Shown here: piece after piece, positions 49,658-58,211 of the stretch
How positions within the stretch are numbered: the first letter of the stretch is position 1
Layout: every line of letters begins with the position of its first letter
Source of the DNA: Anaerovoracaceae bacterium
GTDB lineage: Bacteria; Bacillota; Clostridia; Peptostreptococcales; Anaerovoracaceae
Length of the DNA: 64,000 bases
Direction: 5' to 3'
NCBI GenBank assembly: GCA_036646055.1
Contig: JAVXMY010000003.1
Location: 45,780-109,779 of the forward strand
Made by a program: the position numbers and the translations under genes
The notes under the pieces: model-generated
The model's database searches: none
Told to the model about the DNA's origin: nothing
The model's input: the letters and a program-made list of their open reading frames with translations, nothing else

Positions 49658-51092
49658 AATCAATTTAAACAGTATACGATTTAGAATGTGGACATACTTT
49701 ATCGTATTTACAATTATAATTGTATTTTTAATATGGTTTTTGCAGATTTTCTTTTTGAACAACTACTATGAAAAAATGAAAATCAGTGAAACAGAAAAAA
49801 TTACAGCAGAACTTACAACCACATATCAAAATAAAAGTCGAGAGGAATTTTTATATTTAGTTGGTAAGATTAACGAAGCAGATGATATTTTTATTAAAAT
49901 TATTTCTGATAACAAACTTATGTTTTCAACATCAAACGAACTCCAGGCTTATAAAGGCGAACTTGACATAGCCAAAGAGAAGTTGGAATCTACCCAAAAA
50001 AGTGCTTCTTCAATTTCTCTAGTTTTAACTAGCGATAAAACAAATCGTGAAACCTGGGTTTATGCAGGATATTTAGATGTAGCGCAAACTACTACAATGT
50101 ATGTTCTATCACCTTTATATCCAGTAAATTCAACGATTAAAATATTAAATCACCAATTGTTGTATGTCTTAATAATATTGCTTATTTTAGCTTTTATGTT
50201 ATCTTTCTTCCTATCAGACAGATTATCAAGACCTATTAGGCAGATAACAACACAGGCAAAAAAATTAGCCAATAGTGAGTACGGAATAACCTTTAATACC
50301 GATTCAAAATATACAGAAATCAACGATTTAGTTACAACTCTAAATAAAACATCTTACGAACTTGAACGTTCAACTATATTACAAAAAGACTTAATGGCTA
50401 ACGTTTCTCATGATCTTAGAACCCCACTTACAATGGTTAAGTCTTATGCAGAAATGATCAGAGATCTTTCTGGGGATATTCCAGAAAAAAGAAATAAACA
50501 TTTACAGGTTATTATTGATGAGTCAGATCGACTAAATGGCCTTGTAAACGATGTACTAACTCTATCAGTAATTCAGTCCGGTAGCTTAAAACTAGATGTA
50601 CAACCATTTAGTATCAAAGAAACAGTTATGCAGGTTGTTCAACCCTATAATATTCTACAAAAAAATGAAGGATATAAAATCCAAGTAAATTGTAGAAATG
50701 ACGTTCCTGTTAAAGGAGACCCAGAACGAATGAAGCAAGTAATTTCAAATCTTCTAACAAATGCTATTAAGTACTGTGGTGAAGATAAAGAAATTTACAT
50801 TAATATTAAACATTGGGGTAAAAAAGTTCATTGTGAAATTGTTGATCACGGTGTTGGAATAAAACCTGAAGAGTTACCTTATGTTTGGGAGAGATATTAC
50901 AAAACCAGCAGTAACCATGTAAGAAAAACTGCCGGTACTGGTCTTGGATTATCTATTGTCAAACAAATACTTCTCGCTCATAACTCTAGATTTGGAGTTG
51001 AGAGTAAAGTAGGTCGTGGTACAACCTTCTGGTTTGAATTAAGCGTATACGAAAAACCTACTAAACGCAATAAGCATCAATGGCTTCATTAA
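49635..51092 (+). CDS. Sensor histidine kinase (2 TM segments, HisKA + HATPase_c)
   Basis: It has H-box MANVSHDLRTPLT, N-box NLLTNAIKY, G-boxes DHGVGI and GTGLGLSIV, and a periplasmic-type loop of about 130 aa. The ORF opens at a TTG at 49635 that overlaps the RR gene. The start is uncertain, and the ATG at 49686 is an alternative. Confidence 0.88.
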   Translation: MDTNLKHRINLNSIRFRMWTYFIVFTIIIVFLIWFLQIFFLNNYYEKMKISETEKITAELTTTYQNKSREEFLYLVGKINEADDIFIKIISDNKLMFSTSNELQAYKGELDIAKEKLESTQKSASSISLVLTSDKTNRETWVYAGYLDVAQTTTMYVLSPLYPVNSTIKILNHQLLYVLIILLILAFMLSFFLSDRLSRPIRQITTQAKKLANSEYGITFNTDSKYTEINDLVTTLNKTSYELERSTILQKDLMANVSHDLRTPLTMVKSYAEMIRDLSGDIPEKRNKHLQVIIDESDRLNGLVNDVLTLSVIQSGSLKLDVQPFSIKETVMQVVQPYNILQKNEGYKIQVNCRNDVPVKGDPERMKQVISNLLTNAIKYCGEDKEIYINIKHWGKKVHCEIVDHGVGIKPEELPYVWERYYKTSSNHVRKTAGTGLGLSIVKQILLAHNSRFGVESKVGRGTTFWFELSVYEKPTKRNKHQWLH

Positions 51093-52446
51093 GATTTCTT
51101 GCTGCAATAACTTTAATATTATCTCCCATGTGAGGAAGCTTTTTTGCATTTCCATATGGGAGTATTATTTTTGTAAAACCCATTCTAACAGCTTCTTTAA
51201 CTATTCTTTCAGAATTTTGAACAGATCTTAAGTCTCCCGTAAGCCCTATTTCGCCTATAGCAATAGTTTTACCATTACTAGCCTTACCTGTATAGGAAGA
51301 ATGAATAGCCAGGGCAACTGCTAAATCTGTTGATGTACCTTCAGGTTTTAGTCCTCCAACAACATTAACAAATACATCTTGATTAAGTAGAGGCATATGT
51401 ACCTTTCTCTCTAAGACTGCAATAATCATATTAAGTCTAGACATTTCAACTCCAATAGGTGTTCTTCTAGCAAATCCAACATTAGTTGTTGATGTAAGCC
51501 CTTGTATTTCTAACAGAAGTGGTCTAGTGCCTTCATAAACAGCCCCAACTACAGAACCTTCTCTACCTTCTCCTAATCCATCTAAAAAAGTCTTAGATAA
51601 ATTGGTTATCTCTTTAAGCCCTTCTTCTTCCATTTCAAAAGCACCTATTTCACTTGTTGTTCCAAATCTGTTTTTGACCGATCTTAAAATTCTTAGCTCT
51701 TGGTTTCTTTCACCGGTAAAATGTAAGACACAGTCAACTAAATGTTCAACAATTTTAGGTCCTGCCAAGTCTCCACTTTTAGTTACATGAGCAACAATAA
51801 AAATAGGAACTCCTGCCATCTTACCAATTCGCATAAATTCGTTACCGCAGTGTCTAACTTGTGAAACCGATCCAGGAGCTGAGTCAAGTTTACTTGAATA
51901 GGTTGTTTGAATGGAATCAATAATAATAAAATCCGGTTTCATTTCTTCGGCTACTATATTTATATTTTCTATATTTGTTTCTGCCAGAACAAACAAGTTA
52001 TCGCTTAAAGTACCGCAGATTCTATCTGCACGTAGTTTTAATTGTTCTTCGGATTCCTCTCCAGAAACATACAAAACCCTAAGTCCCCTATTAGATAAAT
52101 TGCTAGCAGCTTGCATAATAATTGTAGACTTGCCAATTCCAGGCTCTCCCGATATTAAGGTTAGTGAGCCTTTGACAATTCCTCCCCCTAACACTCTATT
52201 AAACTCAGATATGCCAGTATCCAATCTTGAAAAATTCCCATCTGACTTGATTTCATTTAGTTTATTTGCCTTAGGTACCTTCCCTGTAATTGTACTTCCT
52301 CTACGCCTATTATCGTCCTCATCAATTAAATTAACCTTTTCCTCAACCATTGAGTTCCATGCACCGCAAATACACTGTCCCATCCATTTAGGGCTATCAT
52401 ATCCACATTCTTGACATACATATACAGTTCTAATCTTCTTCGCCAT
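51061..52446 (-). CDS. radA: DNA repair protein RadA (Sms)
   Basis: 461 aa with a Zn ribbon (CQECGYDSPKWMGQCICG), Walker A GEPGIGKST, KNRFG and a Lon-like C-domain. Confidence 0.95.
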   Translation of the reverse strand: MAKKIRTVYVCQECGYDSPKWMGQCICGAWNSMVEEKVNLIDEDDNRRRGSTITGKVPKANKLNEIKSDGNFSRLDTGISEFNRVLGGGIVKGSLTLISGEPGIGKSTIIMQAASNLSNRGLRVLYVSGEESEEQLKLRADRICGTLSDNLFVLAETNIENINIVAEEMKPDFIIIDSIQTTYSSKLDSAPGSVSQVRHCGNEFMRIGKMAGVPIFIVAHVTKSGDLAGPKIVEHLVDCVLHFTGERNQELRILRSVKNRFGTTSEIGAFEMEEEGLKEITNLSKTFLDGLGEGREGSVVGAVYEGTRPLLLEIQGLTSTTNVGFARRTPIGVEMSRLNMIIAVLERKVHMPLLNQDVFVNVVGGLKPEGTSTDLAVALAIHSSYTGKASNGKTIAIGEIGLTGDLRSVQNSERIVKEAVRMGFTKIILPYGNAKKLPHMGDNIKVIAARNLNEAIDAYCV

Positions 52447-52481
52447 AATTCACCTCTACGCAAACATTTGTTCTTTTTTTA

Positions 52482-52510
52482 ATTTTACTACTAAAAAAGA
52501 AAGCTGTCAA
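52482..52510 (-). promoter_or_regulatory. Putative radA promoter (TTGACA-17-TAAAAT) embedded in the upstream terminator
   Basis: On the minus strand, TTGACA (52505-52510) lies within the 3' arm of the terminator hairpin. A 17-nt spacer is followed by TAAAAT (52482-52487), about 35 nt upstream of the radA ATG. Confidence 0.4.
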
Positions 52511-52526
52511 TTGGATTGACAGCTTT
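52492..52526 (-). terminator. Rho-independent terminator after the EF-G paralogue
   Basis: The minus strand reads AAAGCTGTCAAT-CCA-ATTGACAGCTTT (12-bp stem) followed by CTTTTTT. Confidence 0.85.
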
Positions 52527-52536
52527 TGCTTTTAAT

Positions 52537-54489
52537 TTATTTACTTTCCTGATATGCTTTTATAATTTTATCTGCAATGTTGCCTGGAACTTGGTCATAT
52601 CTTTCAAATTCTAATTCATAGAATCCTCTAGCCTGAGTCATTGCTCTTAGAACAACTGCATAGTCAAACAATTCAGCTTGTGGAGCTTCAGCCATAATTT
52701 TTTGATCTCCGTTAGCCTGTGGTTCCATACCTAATATTTTACCTCTACGCTTGTTCATATCGCCCATTACATCGCCCATATTGTTTTCAGGTACATAGAT
52801 GTCTAAATGCATAATTGGTTCTAACAAGCAAGGTTTAGCCTCTATAATGCCCTTCTTAAATGCAAGTGAAGCAGCAATCTTAAATGCCATTTCATTTGAG
52901 TCAACATCATGGTATGATCCGTCATATAAATCAGCCTTAATATTTACTACCTTACATCCAGCTAGAGGTCCTTTTTCCATAGATTCAATTATACCCTTCT
53001 CAACTGCAGGAACATAGTTCTTAGGAATTGAACCACCAAATAGAGATTCTGTAAATTCAAAGTCTTCTGTAGAAGGTCCAAATTTAATGTGTACATCACC
53101 ATACTGTCCAGCTCCACCAGATTGTTTCTTATGTTTCCCCTGAACATCTGAAGTACCCTTAATTGTTTCTCTATATGCAATTTTCTGTGGGATAGTTTTA
53201 ACTTCAACACCAAATCTATCTTTTAGTTTTTCCATTATTACATTAAGCTGAATTTCACCTTGTCCACCTAGCAAGGTCTGTTTAGTTTCAGAATTTCTTT
53301 CAATAACAAATGAAGGATCTTCTTCTCTTAATCTAGCTAAACCTGCAAAGACTTTATCTTCGTCTTTTTTATCTGCAGCTTCAATGGCTAAGAATAAAGA
53401 TGGCTTTGGATAATCTAAAGGAAGATATCTAATAATATTACCCTTTTCACAAAGTGTATCTCCAGACAAAGTATGCTGTAATTTAGAAACAGCAACAATA
53501 TCTCCAGCCTCTGCATAATTTAATTCTTCCTGATGATTACCTCTTAAGAAGAATAACTTCCCAATTTTTTCTGGTTTTTCAGTTCTTTCATTAAGAATTT
53601 CTGTACCTGCATTTAACTTACCAGATACTACCTTCATAATAGAAATCTTGCCTACAAATGGGTCAACAATTGTTTTGAATACAAATGCTGAAACTGGTCC
53701 ATCTGTTTTAGAAATAACTTCTACTGGTTCGTTTTTATCATTAAATCCTCTATATGGACCATGTTCTAATGGTGTTGGAACATATTCAATCAATAAATCA
53801 AGTAAACCTTCACTACCATGTCCCATAATAAATGCTGAAGAAAGTACTGGAACAATTCCACCTTCCTGAATACCTTTGCGCAAGCCCTTTTTAATTTCTT
53901 CTTCTGAGAAATTGTCTCCGTTAAAGTATTTTTCCATTAATTCATCATCTGTCATAGCGATAGCTTCCTTAAGTTCTTCATCTATCTCTGTTGTAATTGG
54001 CCAACTAAATGGAATTAAATGCTCTCCAAATTTATCTTTTAATTCATTGAAAGTTTTGAAATAATCAAATTCATCTTTGTCTCTTTTATTAATTACTATA
54101 AATCTTGGTTTTTTATATCTTTCACAAGCCTTCCATGCCTGTTCTGTTCCTACCTGAACGCCTGCCCCTGCATCAACTAAAATAATAGCCGCTTCAGAAG
54201 CTCTAAGTGCTGCATTAACTTCTCCAACAAAATCGAAGTATCCCGGAGTGTCTATAAAGTTAATCTTACTTTCCTGCCAAATTACTGGAACAACAGAAGT
54301 GTTAATTGAATATCCTTTTTCTATTTCCATTTTGTCGTAGTCAGAAATAGTATTTCCATCTTCAACTTTACCCATTCTATTAGTAGCACCAGTTTCTAAT
54401 AGTACTGATTCTAGGAATGTTGTTTTACCACAACCGCCGTGTCCAACAAGTGCAACGTTTCTAATTGTTTCGCTAGTATAGCCTTTCAT
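52537..54489 (-). CDS. Elongation factor G paralogue (EF-G-II / EF-G2-like translational GTPase)
   Basis: 650 aa with all five EF-G domains recognisable. The P-loop is GHGGCGKTT rather than AHIDAGKTT. Switch II reads DTPGYFDF, with Tyr in place of the canonical His. NKRD is present. It is not located in a str operon. Confidence 0.88.
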   Translation of the reverse strand: MKGYTSETIRNVALVGHGGCGKTTFLESVLLETGATNRMGKVEDGNTISDYDKMEIEKGYSINTSVVPVIWQESKINFIDTPGYFDFVGEVNAALRASEAAIILVDAGAGVQVGTEQAWKACERYKKPRFIVINKRDKDEFDYFKTFNELKDKFGEHLIPFSWPITTEIDEELKEAIAMTDDELMEKYFNGDNFSEEEIKKGLRKGIQEGGIVPVLSSAFIMGHGSEGLLDLLIEYVPTPLEHGPYRGFNDKNEPVEVISKTDGPVSAFVFKTIVDPFVGKISIMKVVSGKLNAGTEILNERTEKPEKIGKLFFLRGNHQEELNYAEAGDIVAVSKLQHTLSGDTLCEKGNIIRYLPLDYPKPSLFLAIEAADKKDEDKVFAGLARLREEDPSFVIERNSETKQTLLGGQGEIQLNVIMEKLKDRFGVEVKTIPQKIAYRETIKGTSDVQGKHKKQSGGAGQYGDVHIKFGPSTEDFEFTESLFGGSIPKNYVPAVEKGIIESMEKGPLAGCKVVNIKADLYDGSYHDVDSNEMAFKIAASLAFKKGIIEAKPCLLEPIMHLDIYVPENNMGDVMGDMNKRRGKILGMEPQANGDQKIMAEAPQAELFDYAVVLRAMTQARGFYELEFERYDQVPGNIADKIIKAYQESK

Positions 54490-54528
54490 ATGTAAGCCCT
54501 CCTCAAAATTTATTTAACAAGTGATTTC

Positions 54529-54557
54529 ATTATAACACCTTGTTAACTTCTTATCAA
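54529..54557 (-). promoter_or_regulatory. Promoter of the EF-G paralogue (TTGATA-17-TGtTATAAT)
   Basis: On the minus strand, TTGATA is at 54552-54557, followed by a 17-nt spacer ending in TGT and then TATAAT (54529-54534). The RBS GAGGAGGG precedes the ATG at 54489. Confidence 0.65.
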
Positions 54558-54570
54558 TAAATGTTATTGA

Positions 54571-54585
54571 ATTTTTCAGAAAATT
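54571..54585. promoter_or_regulatory. Near-consensus CodY box upstream of the EF-G paralogue promoter
   Basis: The plus strand reads ATTTTTCAGAAAATT, matching AATTTTCWGAAAATT at 14 of 15 positions. It sits 13 nt upstream of the -35. Confidence 0.55.
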
Positions 54586-54599
54586 TATATATTTCAATT

Positions 54600-54634
54600 A
54601 AAAAAAAGTCATTTATAATTTAATGACTTTTTTT
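54600..54634. terminator. Rho-independent terminator ending the cobalamin operon (bidirectional shape)
   Basis: AAAAAAAGTCATT-TATAATTT-AATGACTTTTTTT lies 5 nt downstream of the cbiC stop. Confidence 0.85.
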
Positions 54635-54639
54635 GGTCT

Positions 54640-55287
54640 TTATACTGTAATTCTACCCGTAGCAATATAGGACATTCCGTTACAAATAGCAGCTGCAATA
54701 TTACTGCCACCCTTTCGCCCACTTGCAACAATATATGGAATTTCTAAACTCATAATTAGTTCCTTAGATTCTACAACATTTACAAATCCAACTGGCACAC
54801 CGATTACTAATTCAGGCTTTAAAACCCCATCCTTAACCAACTCATAAATTCTAACAAGGGCTGTAGGTGCATTGCCAATTGCAAAAATAATAGGTTTGCC
54901 AAGTTTCGCAGCCTTATCAATACATGCTGTCGCACGAGTTGTACCATTAGCTTTAGCATGAGTTGCAACATCATCATCAGCCATAAAACACATAACTTGC
55001 CCACCAAATTTTTCAACTGCTGCCTTGTTAACACCAGCTTTAGCCATATTAGTATCTGTAACTATAATAGCTCCCTTTTTAATAGCTTCAATGCCTTTTA
55101 AAACTGCATCCCTAGAAAACTTTAAATTATCTAAATAATCAAAGTCAGCACTAGTGTGAATAGCTCTTTTAATAATCGGCTTTTCATAAGGATCCAAATC
55201 CACCCTAGCCATTTCACTTTCAATTATCTCCATACTTCTATTTTCAATATCAGCAGGAAGCACATTCTGTAATTTCACCTTTTCCAT
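54640..55287 (-). CDS. cbiC: Cobalt-precorrin-8 methylmutase
   Basis: 215 aa with IIKRAIHTSADFDY, IVTDTNMA, AIGNAPTAL and GVPVGFV. Confidence 0.92.
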   Translation of the reverse strand: MEKVKLQNVLPADIENRSMEIIESEMARVDLDPYEKPIIKRAIHTSADFDYLDNLKFSRDAVLKGIEAIKKGAIIVTDTNMAKAGVNKAAVEKFGGQVMCFMADDDVATHAKANGTTRATACIDKAAKLGKPIIFAIGNAPTALVRIYELVKDGVLKPELVIGVPVGFVNVVESKELIMSLEIPYIVASGRKGGSNIAAAICNGMSYIATGRITV

Positions 55288-55301
55288 ATTTACACCTATT
55301 T

Positions 55302-56144
55302 CTATTTAATCCCCATCATGCTCAAAATTAAACTAATATCTAAATTTTCTTCAATACCTTTGGCTAAAATTTCATATTGTTTTTCTCTAAACTCATCAGA
55401 GTAAACCATATCACTGCCACTTTTAGACCTAGATAAACTATCTTCCGGCTCAATATCAACATCCATGTATGGAATAACACCAATAACCGGCTTCTCTGTA
55501 ATCTGTTCAAGCTTTGAAACCCCATCAAGAATCAAGTCCATATTTCCTCTAAACTTATTAATAATTAATCCTTTAACTAAGTCCTCTTCCACAGGATCTA
55601 ACAAGGTAAGAGTTCCAACAAGTGAAGCAAAAACCCCACCTCGCTCTATGTCTGAAACAAGCAAAACCGGAGCATTTACCATCTTGGCAATAAACATATT
55701 TACCAAATCACCGTCTTTAATATTAATTTCAGCAGGGCTGCCTGCCCCTTCAATAACAACAATATCATAGTCCCTTGCCAAGGAGTCTAAAGACTCAAAA
55801 AGTAAAGCACCAAAATAATCCTTATGTTCCTTGTATGGCCTTCCATCAGGGCTAATCCACTCTTTGCCTAAAGCCAAAACCTTTAAATTGCCTGGCCCCA
55901 AAGGCTTAATAAGCAACGGATTCATCTTAGCCATAGGTTTAACTCCAGCAGCTTCTGCCTGTAGAACCTGAGCTTTACCCATTTCAAGCCCCTCAGAAGT
56001 CACAAACCCATTTGAAGTTAAATTTTGGGCCTTAAAAGGAGCCACCTTATATCCCATATTTTTAAAAAGCCTGCAAAGTCCAGTTACAACTAAACTTTTG
56101 CCCGCATCTGAAGTCGTTCCCTGAACCATCAAAAACTTTGCCAT
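55302..56144 (-). CDS. Cobyric acid synthase homologue, ATP-binding domain only (no glutamine amidotransferase domain)
   Basis: The 280 aa cover the CobQ/CbiP N-domain (MVQGTTSDAGKS, FKAQN, VIEGAGSPAEIN, DIERGGVFAS, IINKFRG). The sequence then runs directly into the conserved CbiP C-terminal tail (EFREKQYEILAKGIEENLDISLI). The roughly 200-aa GATase block is absent. Confidence 0.8.
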   Translation of the reverse strand: MAKFLMVQGTTSDAGKSLVVTGLCRLFKNMGYKVAPFKAQNLTSNGFVTSEGLEMGKAQVLQAEAAGVKPMAKMNPLLIKPLGPGNLKVLALGKEWISPDGRPYKEHKDYFGALLFESLDSLARDYDIVVIEGAGSPAEINIKDGDLVNMFIAKMVNAPVLLVSDIERGGVFASLVGTLTLLDPVEEDLVKGLIINKFRGNMDLILDGVSKLEQITEKPVIGVIPYMDVDIEPEDSLSRSKSGSDMVYSDEFREKQYEILAKGIEENLDISLILSMMGIK

Positions 56145-56145
56145 A

Positions 56146-57237
56146 TTAACCGTCCATTTCCTTCAAAACTTGTTTCATTGCATCAATAAAAGCCAAGTTT
56201 TCATCTATTCTCCTAACAGCAATTCTTGAAAATTCATGAGTAAGCCCCACATAATTACTGCAATCTCTTATGAGAAAACCTGCGCTGCGCATTTTTTCCC
56301 TGAAGATATTTCCTCTCTTCATTCCATCTCTGTCAGCTATCTTAAAAAAAATGTAGTTTGCCATTGGTTTAAAGACTTTGAAACCTACACTTGTTAAAGC
56401 ATCAACTAAAACCCTTCGTTCAGCTGAAATCACTTCCATAGCATCCCTTACATATTCGTCCTCATCAAGAGCTGCAAGACCAGCAACTTGAGCAGGAATA
56501 GATACGCTCCAAGGCTGACCCATTTCATATATTTTGTCCAAGGTTTCCTTGTTGCTACACAAGCAATAACCTAATCTAAAACCAGCCATAGCATAATTTT
56601 TAGTAAAAGCCTTTAATATAATCAAGTTATCCATTTTAGATAAATAGGACTTAACCGTAAGTTCTTCAGGTTTTTGGATAAACTCAATAAAACATTCATC
56701 AACAACTAAAGTAATATTATTTTTAACACTTTTTTGTAGGATTTGATCCATTAAATTTTTATCAGTTAGCCTTCCTGTGGGATTGTTTGGATTGCAGATA
56801 AACATAATATCTATGCCATCTTCCATGTAATCTAAAATATCATCCTGGACAGCAAAATCATGTTCTTCTTTAAGAATATAATGATTGGTCTTACAATCAA
56901 CTACAGATAATGCCTGTTCATATTCAGCAAAAGTTGGTCCAGTAACTAGGGCCTTTTTTGGCTTTTTGGAAAGGGTAATTCTAAAAATAATATCAGCTGC
57001 ACCGTTGCCACAAAGTATGTACTCATTATTTATTCCTTCTGCCTTGGCAAGCTTTGCAATTAAATCTCTGCAAAGAGGATCAGGATAATTGGAACAATCC
57101 TTTAGGCATTTTGTAACCGCATTAATAATTCCATCAGGAACTCCTAAAGGGTTAATGTTTGCCGAAAAGTCGTATATTTTTTTGCCGATTTCTTTTTGTG
57201 CAGAGTAAATATCTCCACCATGAACTAGATTTTTCAA
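56146..57237 (-). CDS. cobD: Threonine-phosphate decarboxylase CobD (class I/II aminotransferase fold)
   Basis: It has LVHGGDIY, CNPNNPTG and KAFTKNYAMAGFRLGY. The ORF is open from 57300. The TTG at 57237 is preceded by AAAGGAG, lies just past the cbiB stop and is the likelier start. Confidence 0.85.
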   Translation of the reverse strand: MKNLVHGGDIYSAQKEIGKKIYDFSANINPLGVPDGIINAVTKCLKDCSNYPDPLCRDLIAKLAKAEGINNEYILCGNGAADIIFRITLSKKPKKALVTGPTFAEYEQALSVVDCKTNHYILKEEHDFAVQDDILDYMEDGIDIMFICNPNNPTGRLTDKNLMDQILQKSVKNNITLVVDECFIEFIQKPEELTVKSYLSKMDNLIILKAFTKNYAMAGFRLGYCLCSNKETLDKIYEMGQPWSVSIPAQVAGLAALDEDEYVRDAMEVISAERRVLVDALTSVGFKVFKPMANYIFFKIADRDGMKRGNIFREKMRSAGFLIRDCSNYVGLTHEFSRIAVRRIDENLAFIDAMKQVLKEMDG

Positions 57238-57251
57238 GGTAACTCCTTTGT

Positions 57252-58211
57252 TTACATAAAACATATTACAGACAATAAAGTCAAACAAACGCATTGACAA
57301 ATTATTGCAGCACCATATAAAAGCTTAATACTTTCCCTTATGTTCTCTAAATTTATCTCTTTAATTGGATCTCCAATGGTCTTCTTTTTGTATACTTTTC
57401 CAAAATAGTTTGCATTACCCGCCAGTTGAATTTCAAGTGCTCCAGCACAAGCCGATTCAGTTTGTCCACTGTTTGGACTTGCATGATTATACCTATCTCT
57501 CTTAAAAATTTTCCATGCATTCTTGCTATTATATGGCAAAAATTTGGCAGCACACACTATTAATATTCCGGAGATTCTAGCTGGTATATAGTTAGCCACA
57601 TCATCAAGTTTAGCTGCAAATCTTCCAAAATATAAGTACTTATCATTTTTGTATCCAATCATAGAATCTAAAGTATTTATAGCCTTATACATAAAGGCAA
57701 GTGGCCCACCACCAATGGCAAAATATATCATTGGAGCAACAACTCCATCTGCAGTGTTTTCTGCTACTGTTTCTACCGTAGCCTTAATAACACCTTCTTC
57801 AGATAGATTCTCTGTATCTCTGCCAACAATCATAGAAACAGCAGCTCTACCATCTTCTATGGTTCCGTTTTTTAAAGCATTATAAACCTTAAGACTTTCA
57901 TCCTTAAGACACTTAGTAGCTAAAATCTGATAGCAAAAAATCGAATTAACAGCTAATGCCAAGTAGAAATTTATTTGTCCCAAGATCCATAGTATTAAAA
58001 ATGGAACTGCAAAGGATAATAGAACAATAGTTATTGATAGAATCATTCCGCCAATAAATTCCCTCTGATTATCACCATTAGTAAAGTTGCGTATTTTCTT
58101 TTCTCCCCATTTAATCCCATTACCCACAAGGCAAATAGGATGAGGTAATGAATAAGGATCTCCAATTATTAAATCCAATATAAAACCAATGGCCAAGCTT
58201 ATAACTCTCAT
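57252..58211 (-). CDS. cbiB: Adenosylcobinamide-phosphate synthase
   Basis: 319 aa, membrane protein, with GDPYSLPHPI, DSMIGYKN and HASPNSGQTESACAGAL. Confidence 0.92.
   Translation of the reverse strand: MRVISLAIGFILDLIIGDPYSLPHPICLVGNGIKWGEKKIRNFTNGDNQREFIGGMILSITIVLLSFAVPFLILWILGQINFYLALAVNSIFCYQILATKCLKDESLKVYNALKNGTIEDGRAAVSMIVGRDTENLSEEGVIKATVETVAENTADGVVAPMIYFAIGGGPLAFMYKAINTLDSMIGYKNDKYLYFGRFAAKLDDVANYIPARISGILIVCAAKFLPYNSKNAWKIFKRDRYNHASPNSGQTESACAGALEIQLAGNANYFGKVYKKKTIGDPIKEINLENIRESIKLLYGAAIICQCVCLTLLSVICFM

Noticed and set aside
54555-54569. The short palindrome CAATAA-ATG-TTATTG next to the EF-G-paralogue -35. It resembles the AATAA/TTATT arms of the codY-region palindrome.
   Set aside because: Six-bp AT-only arms with different spacing are expected by chance in this AT-rich DNA. 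It is kept only as a note.
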